A stretch of 60,635 bases of DNA, filler included, from Circinaria calcarea (taxonomy: Eukaryota), in assembly GCA_051942165.1 (NCBI GenBank). It is 11 parts of 11 records of this genome, joined end to end, with 100 filler letters (N's around TTAATTAATTAA, not from the genome) between each part and the next. Parts side by side here need not be neighbours in the genome. Positions count along the whole stretch, not along the records: positions 11,076 to 16,504 come from JAVECS010001902.1; positions 16,605 to 22,030 come from JAVECS010001903.1; positions 22,131 to 27,556 come from JAVECS010001904.1; 8 more parts are not named here. One strand, written 5' to 3'. Positions 12,268 to 24,601 of this stretch are shown one piece after another. A model generated the notes under the pieces. It was not told the DNA's origin and searched no databases. It was given only the letters and a program-made list of their open reading frames with translations. Positions within the stretch are counted from its first letter, which is position 1, and each line of letters opens with the position of its first letter. The position numbers and the translations under genes are program-made.

Positions 12268-14228
12268 TTACGATCCACGACAGGTGTGGAAATCGTCCCA
12301 TTCGTGGTAAGAGTTCCTATGGCTATGAGTAGCCCCTACCGACAGAGACGTAGCGAGCTCGGACCCAATAGCCGCTTCGTCCAATTCCCAGTACTTTACT
12401 ACCAGCTTCGCCCAGGCTTTCTCGTTTAGATCCTCGTCTGCGAGCATCGATCGGTGGAGTTTTGCTAGGCTGTCATCGGATCGTAATGAGTGCAGAAGCC
12501 AGCGGTTGATACGATCTCTCGTAGTTGTCCATTTTCCTATGAGTGGAGAGTCCATGGTCTTCCGCCGAATCTCGAACATGTCGCTGTGGTTGATCAAGCT
12601 TGGTTCTGCTGAAGTAGAGTCATTATGGCTTGTATGGTGCAAAGCCTGGTCTATCTCATATAGCGAGTGACCAGCTTGCAGACAACGACTCCTAGCATCC
12701 CTTAGATCATGCCGAAGTTGCATTAGGGTATCCTCTAAAGCCTTCTGGCGAGGTAGATGTTGGCCTGATATACTGAACGCACCTGTACTGTCTAGATCAT
12801 TCGCTCCACGAGGTTGACTCAGTCCAACGCTTGCTTTAAAAAGGGCCAGCTGGCCATCAAAGAGGATCATTAGTCTCCTGGTAGAGATATAATCCACAAC
12901 GACCGCCGGATAAATTTCCTTGGTGAGTTCCCGCAGAACATGATCGTGGTCGACTGGCATGACCCTCTGCGGCGTGAGGATTGCTTCATCTTCAGACGCC
13001 GCATCCATTGAATCTTGTATTTCGTCCTGCATAGAAGCCATTTCGAGCTTGCGCGTCCACTTTCCACTTCTTCCCGCGTGACGGTGTTTAATATGCAATC
13101 TGAAGTGATCTACCCTAGAGAATTTCTTATTTGGATTACTACACACACCAATGGCATGTACGCTTCTTAGGTGCGCCAATCGGTTATCCCAGTCAGGAGC
13201 TGGTTCATTCGGAAACTCTTCACCACATAAGCAACAGGTATCCGTTTCTGAAATAGTAAGGTTACCATTGGAAGGGTTGGATGTTGAAGGGTGAAAGGCC
13301 GCCTCGTGGTGCTCGTAGAGAATATCGCAGGACCAAAAGCGGCGGGATGGAAAATCGTAGCTCTCGAACCCTTCCAAATCACTGCGTGGAGATCCTATTG
13401 TTGTCCTTACTGGATGATCTTCGATGGGTAGCATGTCATAGAAATTAGATTTCTTTTGTAGAGAAGACCCTGACGGCAGTCTAGTCAGGGAACCCCGGCG
13501 AGATGCTGTTGGGTTTGACACTGCCCCGACGAAAGACTCTAATCTAGACAGCGAACTGGCTATGCTATCAAGAGATCTGACACTGCTCGCAGAACTCTCC
13601 ATATGCGCCTGAGAGTAGCTTTCAACTCGAGACGTGATGTCGTTGGCTGCTGAGAGCGATATGGAATTAAGCCGATCGACCTTGTCGTTCAGCCTCTTGA
13701 TGCTGGAAGTCATGTGTAAGTCCATTTTCCTATCTGGACGTCAATATGGATATATCTCTCGGCTACGTCCAAGACTATCTACCTTCCCAATATTGTCAGA
13801 TTGACCTCGATCGACTGCTTGTCTCCTCTAATCTCCTCGCGTATACCCTTAATAGAACCTTTGGAGAAAGCCACCAAACTCTTCTTCAGCCAGGCCACTT
13901 GTCCCTTATCCGACGCTGGGCGTAAGCTCCTGACCTTCTGTAGCCATTTGGAAATGTCCTTGTTAGTGTTGTCAAGCTGGCCCTGTAGCAAAGCAATATT
14001 GGTGTCCAATCCATCTGGCATCTTAAATGTAGATATCGTGACGAACAGATTTTCAACCTCATGGAGAATGTGCAGAAGGGAGTTCAAATCGAACAGGAAC
14101 CGTTCAATGGTCCTAGATGCAGATGAAACATCCTCGAAGAAATCCTGGAGCTTGACAAGTCCTTGAATGCTGTGGCCCACCAGTGTAAGGATGGCCACAA
14201 TACTTGAAGCTGCAGCAATGCCCTCCAT
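12268..14228 (-). CDS. Fungal STAND N-terminal (HeLo-like/SesA-type) domain protein with C2H2-like zinc-finger module
   Basis: Exon 1 MEGIAAASSIVAILTLVGHSIQGLVKLQDFFEDVSSASRTIERFLFDLNSL. Intron 13730-13782 keeps the frame (LGR/KMDL). Exon 2 contains CCLCGEEF...DWDNRLAHLRSVHAIGVC...KKFSRVDHFRLHIKHRHAGRSGKWT. 3' end may be incomplete. Confidence 0.75.
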
Positions 14229-14643
14229 CTTCGTGAAGTCAACTTGCAAAAGCCATATCTATAAGCGATGAAACAGATGCATACTTTATCCATGAATTGC
14301 GTTACTCATCATTGCGCGTTCATATTGATGCCAGGTTAATTCCGCATAATATCAAGGTTTGGGTAGTGTTTAATCATAGGCAACAGTAAGAGTAGCATTG
14401 AATGTCGATGTAACTTCTCCAACAACACATGGTCTAAAGAGCTCATAGAGTGTAATATACGCTCCTGCAACAGTAAACTGTTTTGGCAATAACAGTATAA
14501 TGTGACCACATGGTGTTGTGGTATCAAGCTGGGGATGGAAATAAGTGGTAGTTCGCTGTGGCCTAGAGATTACGACTCTCTGAAGTGTGCAGAAGAATTA
14601 TATTTACATATTAAAATAGGACAAATTTGTTCATTGAAACAAA

Positions 14644-14761
14644 GACGTGATGGCGGAGTGGTCTAACGCGATTGACTAGAATTTGTACACATCTGAAAAG
14701 ATAGATTCAATAATCCAATCAATTCTCTTCGGAGGCCTAGGTTCGAGTCCTAGTCACGTCG
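14644..14761 (+). tRNA. tRNA-Ser(AGA) with 36-nt intron (14682-14717)
   Basis: Acceptor stem GACGTGA/TCACGTC, discriminator G, D-arm/box A TGGCGGAGTGG, anticodon stem ATTGA/TCAAT around CT-AGA-A, long variable arm CTCTTCGGAG, T-arm CTAGGTTCGAGTCCTAG, followed by T7. Confidence 0.95.
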
Positions 14762-14763
14762 GA

Positions 14764-14770
14764 TTTTTTT
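14764..14770 (+). terminator. RNA polymerase III oligo-T terminator of tRNA-Ser
   Basis: TTTTTTT two nt after the tRNA 3' end. Confidence 0.8.
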
Positions 14771-15239
14771 GGCCTTTTTTTCTTCCGAGTGCTTTTTAGC
14801 ACCCAAACCAAAGATGATGGTATTTTAATTGATATGAATTCCTTTGCTAGCCCCATCTAATTGTGGGAAATCCAACTTGTGCCTGTGAGCGATAAATGTG
14901 CCTACCCAAGCTTCGTTTTTATGTAAATATTCCATTGTTTCAACTTCACATGCTATTCCAGCACTGCAGAGTTCTGGAACAACTCTTTTGATCTCAGATT
15001 AGTAATTCTCATCCCACACCAGTGGCTGTCCAGGATGATCTATTAGCCAAGCCATAATGCAGGGCTTTGATCCAGCGGAGACAAGCAAAAGATCCGAGCT
15101 CTGAGCAGCTTTTCGCGGGGTCGCCCCTCCTACTTGAAGGCCGATTAGTAAATATCGAGAGGATTTCTGTCCATCTATCCATTTTGCTTGGTTTGGAATA
15201 TTGCATTGCTCTTTGTCGTACTTAGTGCATCCACCAAAC

Positions 15240-16254
15240 ATGTCCGACTTTCCTTCTCTCCAGCCGGCCATGACCCTCTTGGTACGTACCTCCGCCCCTC
15301 ACACCTCCCGCGCCCAATCAACATGAGATACATAACTTACAACATTTCAGGTCTCGATCGATACCGCAATCTCAGTTGGTCCGTCAAACCCAATTCCGTA
15401 TACTATCCCAACCCTCCTTCCTCTTCTAAAAGTCATGTCCAGGCTCGATCTCCAAAGGAACCCCGCTCATGGTTGTCGTATGGCTTCCGTTCGTTCATCT
15501 CCAACTCTCGTCATCACACTTCGCCCAGCGATGCCCCGACTGAATAACATTCCAGCCCATGACTGGCGGCACCCTCAAATCCGAACCCGGCTTCTCCCCC
15601 GCCATTGACGCCGAGTTTGTAGGTATGGGGAATGACTATATAAGAGGTGATCCGAGTGGGAAACATATCCGGCTGGATGCGCATGGGGTTGTCAAGTACG
15701 CTAGTCCCTTCTCCGTGCTATGCTCTCGAGACGACGTGCCTATGTGTGGTGGACAAAGAACAGTATAAAAGAGAGACTCGCGGAGTTGAAAATGGCTTCA
15801 GGGATGGGCAAATACGGGTACGGACACGGCAATAAGAGGTTCTAACCTTGCCCTCGTAATAGAGATAAAACCTCCTCCGCACTCATCTACCTTAGCTACG
15901 CCGGCGTCGTAGCCATAACTCCCGAAGTCGGCCTCGTCCTCGGAGAGAGCCCCGACGCCAAAACCACTCCATTTGGCGATTCCTGTATGTTCTTTCCTTC
16001 CTTCTTCTCCAAGCTGCTTTTCTCCTCCCACGATTACCCCAATGTCATCCAGCAATTCCCTATTCCCCCCGTCGCAACCAACCAATCTAACACCCCCCCT
16101 CCCAACCTTAGTCATCGAAATGCACTTCGAAACCGGCGCCGAGGACCTCAAAGACCTCACTACCAGTACCTTTGTTGCGGCGGGAAGATTCAGGGTGGAA
16201 GAGGGGAAACCGACCGTGGTGGAGTATAAGATCAGTAAGGTCGTCAAGGGATAA
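15240..16254 (+). CDS. DUF3237/UPF0311 family protein (multi-exon)
   Basis: Spliced: MSDFPSLQPAMTLL / VSIDTAISVG / SISKGTPLMVV / PMTGGTLKSEPGF...GNDYIRGDPSGKHIRLDAHGVVK / DKTSSALIYLSYAGVV...KTTPFGDS / IEMHFETGAEDLKDL...FVAAGRF...VEYKISKV. Confidence 0.82.
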
Positions 16255-16833
16255 TGAATGCGTTTGAAGGCGGAGGAGGTTGGACACGCCAAAACCGCGG
16301 GGGAGGGTTGATGGTTTATGAGAAACATGAGAAGGAAACTCTTGTCAGGCAGATAATTGTTGTCATTACGCCGGGTACTTCCTCACTTGAGACACTGGGA
16401 GAAAAATCAATCAATCTAGCGGACCGGAAAATGGCGCCGCAGCATACCGCTTCACAACCTTTTCCCTACCCTCCCCTCCTTTAATTTACCCTTCTCTCCG
16501 CCCCNNNNNNNNNNNNNNNNNNNNNNNNNNNNNNNNNNNNNNNNNNNNTTAATTAATTAANNNNNNNNNNNNNNNNNNNNNNNNNNNNNNNNNNNNNNNN
16601 NNNNGGAAATATCTAACAAATCATCCCCCACCCGTCTCCCGTTCAATGTCATGGCCCGTTGTGTGCGTAAACGAGCAAAAAGCCGGTAATTGGCCCCTCT
16701 CGAGTTCATGACCCAGGTTCCGTCATCGAATCCCCCAATATCCCCACCCGGATAACGTAAAACGTTGTCTATTTCTGGATAGCAGAAGCCGAGGATGCGG
16801 ATCTTGAGTATCTGTTTCGGGCAAAAAAGCAAT

Positions 16834-17322
16834 TCAGTTATTGCGGCCGCCGAATCCGATAGAATGAGAGAGAGGGAGAGGACAAAAAACATACGGTTTC
16901 CGCGCCTGCACTGGCGCATGCGCATGCTCCTCCCTCGCGCCCTCCTTCTCCTTATTCCAAAACCGACTCTTGTACGCCGGCCACGTCGAGAAATTCCACG
17001 CTTTGACTAGGATACTAGAGAAAATCACCCCCTGTTAGCCCTCTTCTCCCTCCCAAAACTCCCACCCATCAACCCCAAAAAAAAACCAAAACCGCCAAAT
17101 CCCATACCTCTGCGTCCTTCCCACCACGTCCTCCCCTTTCACCTCCCGCACCCCGACTCTCATACCCTCTTTACTAAATACCACGTTCTTGCCCTCCATC
17201 TTCTTGGCCGTTTTACCCGCCACATCGTTGGCGATGCTGTAGATGATGTAGCCGATCAAGGCGGCGAGGGTGAGGACGACCAAGAGGAGGAGAAGGGGGA
17301 GGAGCGCGCTGAGGGCGGACAT
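16834..17322 (-). CDS. Small fungal single-pass membrane protein, unknown function
   Basis: MSALSALLPLLLLLVVLTLAALIGYIIYSIANDV...KKMEGKNVVFSKEGMRVGVREV. Intron 17015-17107 joins to SILVKAWNFSTWPAYKSRFW. 3' end uncertain (possible further intron at ~16894). Confidence 0.7.
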
Positions 17323-18329
17323 TACTCCTGATGTTGTCTTGTATATCAAGGGGGGCGGTAGGACTTTGGGGGGAAACAGAAAGAGGAGGGGTCGCGTGCG
17401 TTGGTGGCTGGGTGGTGAGGATGATACGGGTGAGGGTTTGCGTGGGAATGGGATTGTCGAGGGGTTCCGAGGATGGGAGAAAGAGAGAGGAAGAGAGAAG
17501 CTGAGGCTTTGAGTTTTCCTTTCTAAAGGTAGACTCGTGGCTGTTGCGGCATGGCGAATGGTGAACACGGCTGAATGGAGGGGGGGCTTAGAATATGGAT
17601 GGTGGTACGAATCAAAAATGCTTGGCTTTGTTTGGACGACGCAGCTGCGGGCTTGTGCTTGAGTCCATCCCGGGGGGCTCGGGTGGGCAGTGAGATGCTG
17701 GCTGAAGATACCCGAAATTAACTTTATATTATATTGACGTGATATTCGAATAGTTTTAGATCAAGGTTAGAGAATCTGCTACACATGTTCACTAGTCTTG
17801 GAGTCTTCGAAAGGGCATCTAGGAGGTTGACTCTAGATTTACCTCACTTTTTGCCTTCACCACCAAGCTTCCAAGAAGGGCAGGGAATGGGAAGGAGGTG
17901 GGTTAATATTGATCGTTTTCCAGAGAACCATCTAACGGCCATCGAGGCAGGTTAGATTCTCTTACTTGTTCTTCTTACTTGAGAATGCCGCTGTCACAAG
18001 GCCAATCATCTCAGCCGATCATATTCCACTTGAAATCGTTACTCTGAGAACCATATGTCGATTACTACCTAGGGCGCTATACTGAATTTAAAGAAAAGGA
18101 GTCCTAAAGTACCTATTAGTTAACCCGCCTTCCTTCCCAATTGCTGCTCCTGAGTCCTTGCCCTGGTCCTACACGGAAAATACAAGAAAATAGTACAGAA
18201 CCAGCAGCTTCGGCCGTCATAGTCGTTAAATCGTTAGTAGCGTTCATCGCCCGTTGTACAAATCCGTTGGATATCGTATCCAACTGACCCTACCTCCATA
18301 CCAAACCCCTAACCCCCCTTCTTTTTCAA

Positions 18330-21300
18330 TTAAGTAAAAATCTTCTTGAATCCATCGAAGAATCCACCCTTGACCTTCACCGGACTTCTCTCCCTCGGTC
18401 TTCTCTCCCTGTGCCTCTCCCTATGCCTCTCCGTCTCCCTTTCCCCTCCATCTCTCTCCCTCAGCCTCTCCTTCTCCTTCCCTCTCCGATTACTCTCCCG
18501 ATCTTCCGTCTCCCTCTCCCGCCTCCTCTTCTCATGTCGGGCTCTCCTCTCCTCTCCCTCTCGCCCTTCACTTTCCCTATGCTTCCTCCTCGGCTCCCTT
18601 CTCCCTTTAGCCTCTTGTTCTTCGGCCGCCCTTTGCTTCCTCCTCTCCACGCGCTTCGCTTCTGCTGCTTGCTCCTCAATTTCCTTTTGCTCTCTCGCTT
18701 CCCGCTCTTCCATCTCCCTTTGCTTTCGTCTCTCCTCCCGACGAGCTTTTCTCTCCTCTTCTGCTTCCAAGACCTTTGCTTCCGCAGCTCGGTCTTCGGC
18801 CTCTTTTGCTTTCCTTCTTTCCTCCCGTTGGAGGGTCCGATTTTCTTCCTCCTCGGATGTTAGTCGCTTTTCTCGATGACTGTCCTTCCGACTGCTGCTG
18901 CCTGCGTGCCTGGAGGAACCGTGCCTGGTAGCCGAAGGTCTTTCCGCCTTCGATGGTTGTTCGTTCCCCCTCATCAATCCACTCCAAAATGATATTTTCG
19001 CATCACTCTCCGCTCTGACTTTATCAAGAACCTTCGGCCTGAGCGGTTTCTCCTTTTCATGCTTCGGCGCTTCCCTATAGCTTTGACTTCTCCTGTGACC
19101 TGATCCTCCAGACTTCGGCCTTTCAGGGGCCGTAGAATCAGTAGACTTGTGAGTCGAAGATCGCTTTGGCTTTTCAGGAGTTTCCAAATCAATGGATTTG
19201 AGGGTGGACGACCGCTTACTCTTGACATCACTATCTCTCCGTTTGCGCTCTGGTCGTGGTGGATGTGGTTCTGTGCTTTTCGTAGAAGACCCCTTGCTAT
19301 ATCTTCGTTCTCGTTCCCAACCAGTTCGGCGTCGATGCTTCTTATCGACTGTGGGAGGCGGAGGATTTTCACTTTGAACGAAGTCCATTGTTTCAGGTTC
19401 TTCAAGAATAGCAGACTCACCAAGGACCGGGGTACCTTCTACTGGGGCTTCTGAGGTGGGCTCCTCCACTACCGGCGATGCTGGAATTTCTACTTCTGGG
19501 GTGGGCTGCGAGGCCTCGGGAGGAGGTTGCTCTGGCGCCTCTAGTGGAGGAGGTGGCTCCGAAGCCTCTAAAAGAGGTTGTTCTGGAGCGTTGGGAGGAG
19601 GCTGCTCTGGAGCCTCTGGAGGAGTTGGCCCCGAAGCTTTAGGCAGAACTTGCTCTGAAGCCCCTGGCGCAGATTGCTCTGGAGCTTCTGGTAAAGGCGG
19701 TTCCGACGCCTCAGGTGGAGGTGGTTCAACGAGAGTCTCGACGGTCTCCGTCAACCCGATAAGAGGAGCATCACTTCGTTCGGCCAATATGGCTTCCTCC
19801 ACAGGTATTACCACCGCCTCCTCCTTTTCCTGAGGCGGCTCGACAATTGTCTCGAGCTTGCTGTCTTCGGAGAGGCTCGTTGGGGTAGAAGCAAGAGGTT
19901 CGGAAGAGGTACTTTCTTCTGTGAATACCGGCTCTAAATCTGCACTTGCAGACTCTAAATCAACTGCGGGAGAATTAAGATTAGAAGTAGCGGGCTCTGC
20001 AATGGACCCTGGGCTTGCACCAACGGACTCTGTCTCCGGATCAGCAGCTATGGATTCTGGACTGGGGTTTGACTCTGCAGCAAGCAGGTCAGTTTTTTCG
20101 AGAGCCGATGATCCCTCCCCCGTGTCCATCGAACGTTGATTCAGGTGCACTTTCTTTTCGCCAAAAGTCTCTTCAGATCCTGTTAGTTCAGTAACAATGG
20201 GGGCCTGCAGAGAGCTATTATTTGTGATTGAAGCTGGCCCTGGAGCATCAAGAGATTCCGAATCCGGTATCGAAAGATCCGCACTCCTGCTAACCACTAC
20301 AACTTCGCCCGCTTCTGGGTCCTTGATCACTGCTGTCCCTTCGGGCAGTTCTTCTGCAACATCCACAAGCTCTGTGGTAATGGTTGACGTTGATTCTTCT
20401 AGAATAGCAACCTGAACGGGTAGCAAATCGCTGGAAGATGCTGAATTTGTATCAGGCATGCACCCCTCAACAGCAGCGATTTCTTCACTTATTGGCTCTT
20501 TAGGAGAATCACCGGTAGAGGTCGATTTTTCGATAGAAGCCGGTTGTTCTCTATCAACAGGATGAGCTTCCCCATCAGCCGCAATCGTCCCAACGGACTC
20601 AGTTCCTGCAGTAGGCTCGCCTCCCTCAATAGGCTGGCTTTCCCCCTCAGGCTTGCTTTCTCCAACAGGCTTGCTTTCTCCAACAGGCTCGCTTTCTCCA
20701 ACAGGCCCGCTTTCCCCGACAGGCTCGCTTTCCCCGACAGGCTCGCTTCCTTCAGCAGAACTGACTTTTTCGGTTGGCTTGACTTCATCAACGGACTCCG
20801 TCTCTTCGATAAATTTGATTCCGTCATCGGATTTGATCTCCCCAGAACCCATACTCCCTTCCACAAGCGTGCTTTGGTTGTCAGGGGTATATTTCTCAGA
20901 AGCCGGAATTTCTCCAGCAGACCTGACTTCTCCAATAGGCGAGCTTCCTTCAGGCAGGGAGCATGCCTTGGTTGAATTTCCTATTTCTATAGAAGGCTCC
21001 TCCTGCGGAGGAGCGTCTATAAGAGCGGCAGCCTCTGTTACATCCATATTGTCATTTTCATTCGAAGCAACTAATTCGCCATGGCACTCGTTGCTAGGCG
21101 TGGTAGGCTTCTTGACAAGGGGTATCGATTCCCCAGCAGTCTCACTAGCCTCTACGCTCCCAGCGTTCGTTTCCTGGGTCGATTCCTCCCCTCTATTCAA
21201 ATCTTCTCCTTCAACGACTTTCTCTGCTTCGATATCGTGCCCTTCTGTAGGTTCTTCGGGATTCAACGAAGGAGCACTAACAGTAGCGTCCGCACTTATC

Positions 21301-22030
21301 TCTGCTCCATTGGATGGTATGGACTCTGCCACCTCAGTGGGATTATTATCTTTGGCTATACCATCATCTTCTACTTTGCCGTCTGTCGCGTTGGGTTCAT
21401 CCGCAGCATGAATTTGCTGCACGCTCTCTGCCGTATTCCCAATTGGGGTCTCTCCTTCGGGTAGGTTGAGAATAGCTGCATGACCCTTATTTGATTGTGG
21501 AATCGGTTCCTTCTCTTCGAGAACCTTCTCAGAAGACAGCAACGATGGCTCCTCCGGTTGCGTTACGGCTGCATCAGGTGCCACCGTCGAGTGTTCTACG
21601 AGACTGCTTTCAACAAGCTCAATTTTCGTGTCTGATTTGATTCGATTGGCTTCGAACAATGGAGAAGATTCAGACTGAAGCAAATTCCCAATCACCTCAG
21701 CTGCTGGAGTATCCTGACTTTCAGGTATATCACTGCTTTCAGCTGAGCTAGCGGCTCCCTCCTGTATCGGCATTTCGCAGACATCAGCTGGAGACGCTAC
21801 GGCCTCCTCACTAGGTGCCTGCTCGCTAAATGCCTCCCCTTTAGATACTTGCTCGCTAGATATTGATGAGCTAGATTGCTGTTTATCAAGCGATTGCTCG
21901 CTAGGTGGCTCCTGGCTAGGCGATGCTTGAGCAGATGTTTGCTGGTTCTGTAGATCTTGGCTCTGTGGATCTGGGCTCGGTGAATTTTCACTCGGTGAAT
22001 TGTTACTCGGTGAATTGTCACTCGGTGGAC
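18330..22030 (-). CDS. Large acidic Pro/Glu/Ser-rich intrinsically disordered protein with R/E-rich charged C-terminus, 5'-truncated
   Basis: The 1147-aa ORF stays open upstream of the annotated ATG to the contig end (PPSDNSPSNNSPSENSPSP...). Ends GGFFDGFKKIFT. Confidence 0.8.
19500..19725 (-). repeat. Degenerate ~24-nt coding tandem repeat (E-Q/P-P-P-P-E-A-S/P)
   Basis: EPPPPEAS EPPLPEAP EQSAPGAS EQVLPKAS GPTPPEAP EQPPPNAP EQPLLEAS EPPPPLEAP EQPPPEAS. Confidence 0.8.
20632..20748 (-). repeat. 18-nt coding tandem repeat (GESEPV-type, ~6 copies)
   Basis: Plus-strand unit like gctttctccaacaggctc repeated; protein GESEPVGESGPVGESEPVGESKPVGESKPEGESQP. Confidence 0.88.
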
Positions 22031-22863
22031 NNNNNNNNNNNNNNNNNNNNNNNNNNNNNNNNNNNNNNNNNNNNTTAATTAATTAANNNNNNNNNNNNNN
22101 NNNNNNNNNNNNNNNNNNNNNNNNNNNNNNGGGGGGGGGGGGGGGGGGGGTCCGTTTGTCATTTATCTTTATAGTAAGATGACGATAGGCTCAGCCCACC
22201 ATTCCTTTAGCAACGGATTCATTCCCACTTTATCTTATAGTAAAATTGAATCATGCCTGTGGGCGCATACCCCGGTATTAATTCCACTTGCATAATCAAG
22301 TTCCCGGACCCTACCAGAGTGAGAGCAGAATAAGTTCCATATTCCGATCGAGTGTAACTGCCTTCCTTATTTAAAATCCCCTCGCTTACTCTTTATCGTT
22401 GGAACTTCGATACGCTAGGGCTGGGAGAGGGGAGCTGGGTATTTAATGCCTGGGTAAATTTTAAAATACCCAACTAGACTTCCTCCCCCGTATTAAAGTT
22501 AAAATTAAAGTTAAAATTGCCTTTTTACCACCCCACCCCCTAAAATTTCCCATTGAAAATAATGATATTTTTTTTTCCCTACAGAGTACGAGTATGCGAG
22601 ATACAATTACCATACCATACCGACCCGCGGCCGGACTGATTTCCCGAAAAAGCCCTTTCCGGCAAAATTTCGTACTCCCACCGTTGTTGGAGTTAAGAAC
22701 TACATTCAGGCGATCTGTTAGGTGGATATGACTTTAGTGAGGAGAAAATCGAAGGATAGAGAACCTTGTAGCGGAAGAGCTTGTGTGTGGATGCATAAAC
22801 GTTGTTGAACGTTCTCTAAATCTTGGGTCATTTTGTCCAAAAATGTCTAGTACCATAGGGTGT

Positions 22864-23051
22864 CACGCGCTTGACAAGAAACTTTGCAACCCTGAATTAC
22901 CCCCCCAGCCGTAATAGTAGTTACTGACCCTTCCAGCCTAAGATTCAGGCGCAGGACCACCCAGCATTAGAGGGGTCCTACAAAGTTAGAGGTTATTGTT
23001 TTAGCGAGAAGTTACGGTTGGGGGTTGCAAAAGTTTTTTGTCAAGCGCGTG
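22864..23051. mobile_element. 188-bp non-autonomous miniature inverted-repeat transposable element (CAC...GTG ends, 5-bp TSD GGTGT)
   Basis: Left end CACGCGCTTGACAAGAAAC-TTTGCAACCC; reverse complement of right end CACGCGCTTGACAAAAAACTTTTGCAACCC. Direct repeat GGTGT immediately outside both ends (22859-22863, 23052-23056). No recognisable coding capacity. Confidence 0.82.
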
Positions 23052-23204
23052 GGTGTGCAAAGGTCCAAGCATGCCAACTCCCTACCCTTTTCCCAATGAT
23101 GCCCCAAGCTCCCGAAATGCCCTATCAAACGGAAAAACTTTTGAATGCCTTTGAACCCACCGTCGTAAAATCCTAAAGTGAACAAGATATTTTTCCACAT
23201 CCAC

Positions 23205-24601
<1,397 letters not shown>

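Noticed and set aside
20632..20748. Regular short repeats as a CRISPR-like array
   Set aside because: No unique spacers; in-frame coding tandem repeat in a eukaryotic gene.
18346..21464. Many plus-strand ORFs (e.g. 18346-18879, 20653-21411)
   Set aside because: Antisense shadows of the low-complexity minus-strand protein.
22518..22530. TGCCTTTTTACCA similar to the U5 snRNA loop 1
   Set aside because: Extra T, no closing stem and no Sm site.
22852..22863. ACCATAGGGTGT resembling the start of fungal 5S rRNA
   Set aside because: No downstream 5S sequence; it is the flank and TSD of the inverted-repeat element.
22861..23051. TGTCACG as the start of a solo LTR
   Set aside because: No matching ...ACA end; 30-bp TIRs and the TSD fit boundaries at 22864 and 23051 better.
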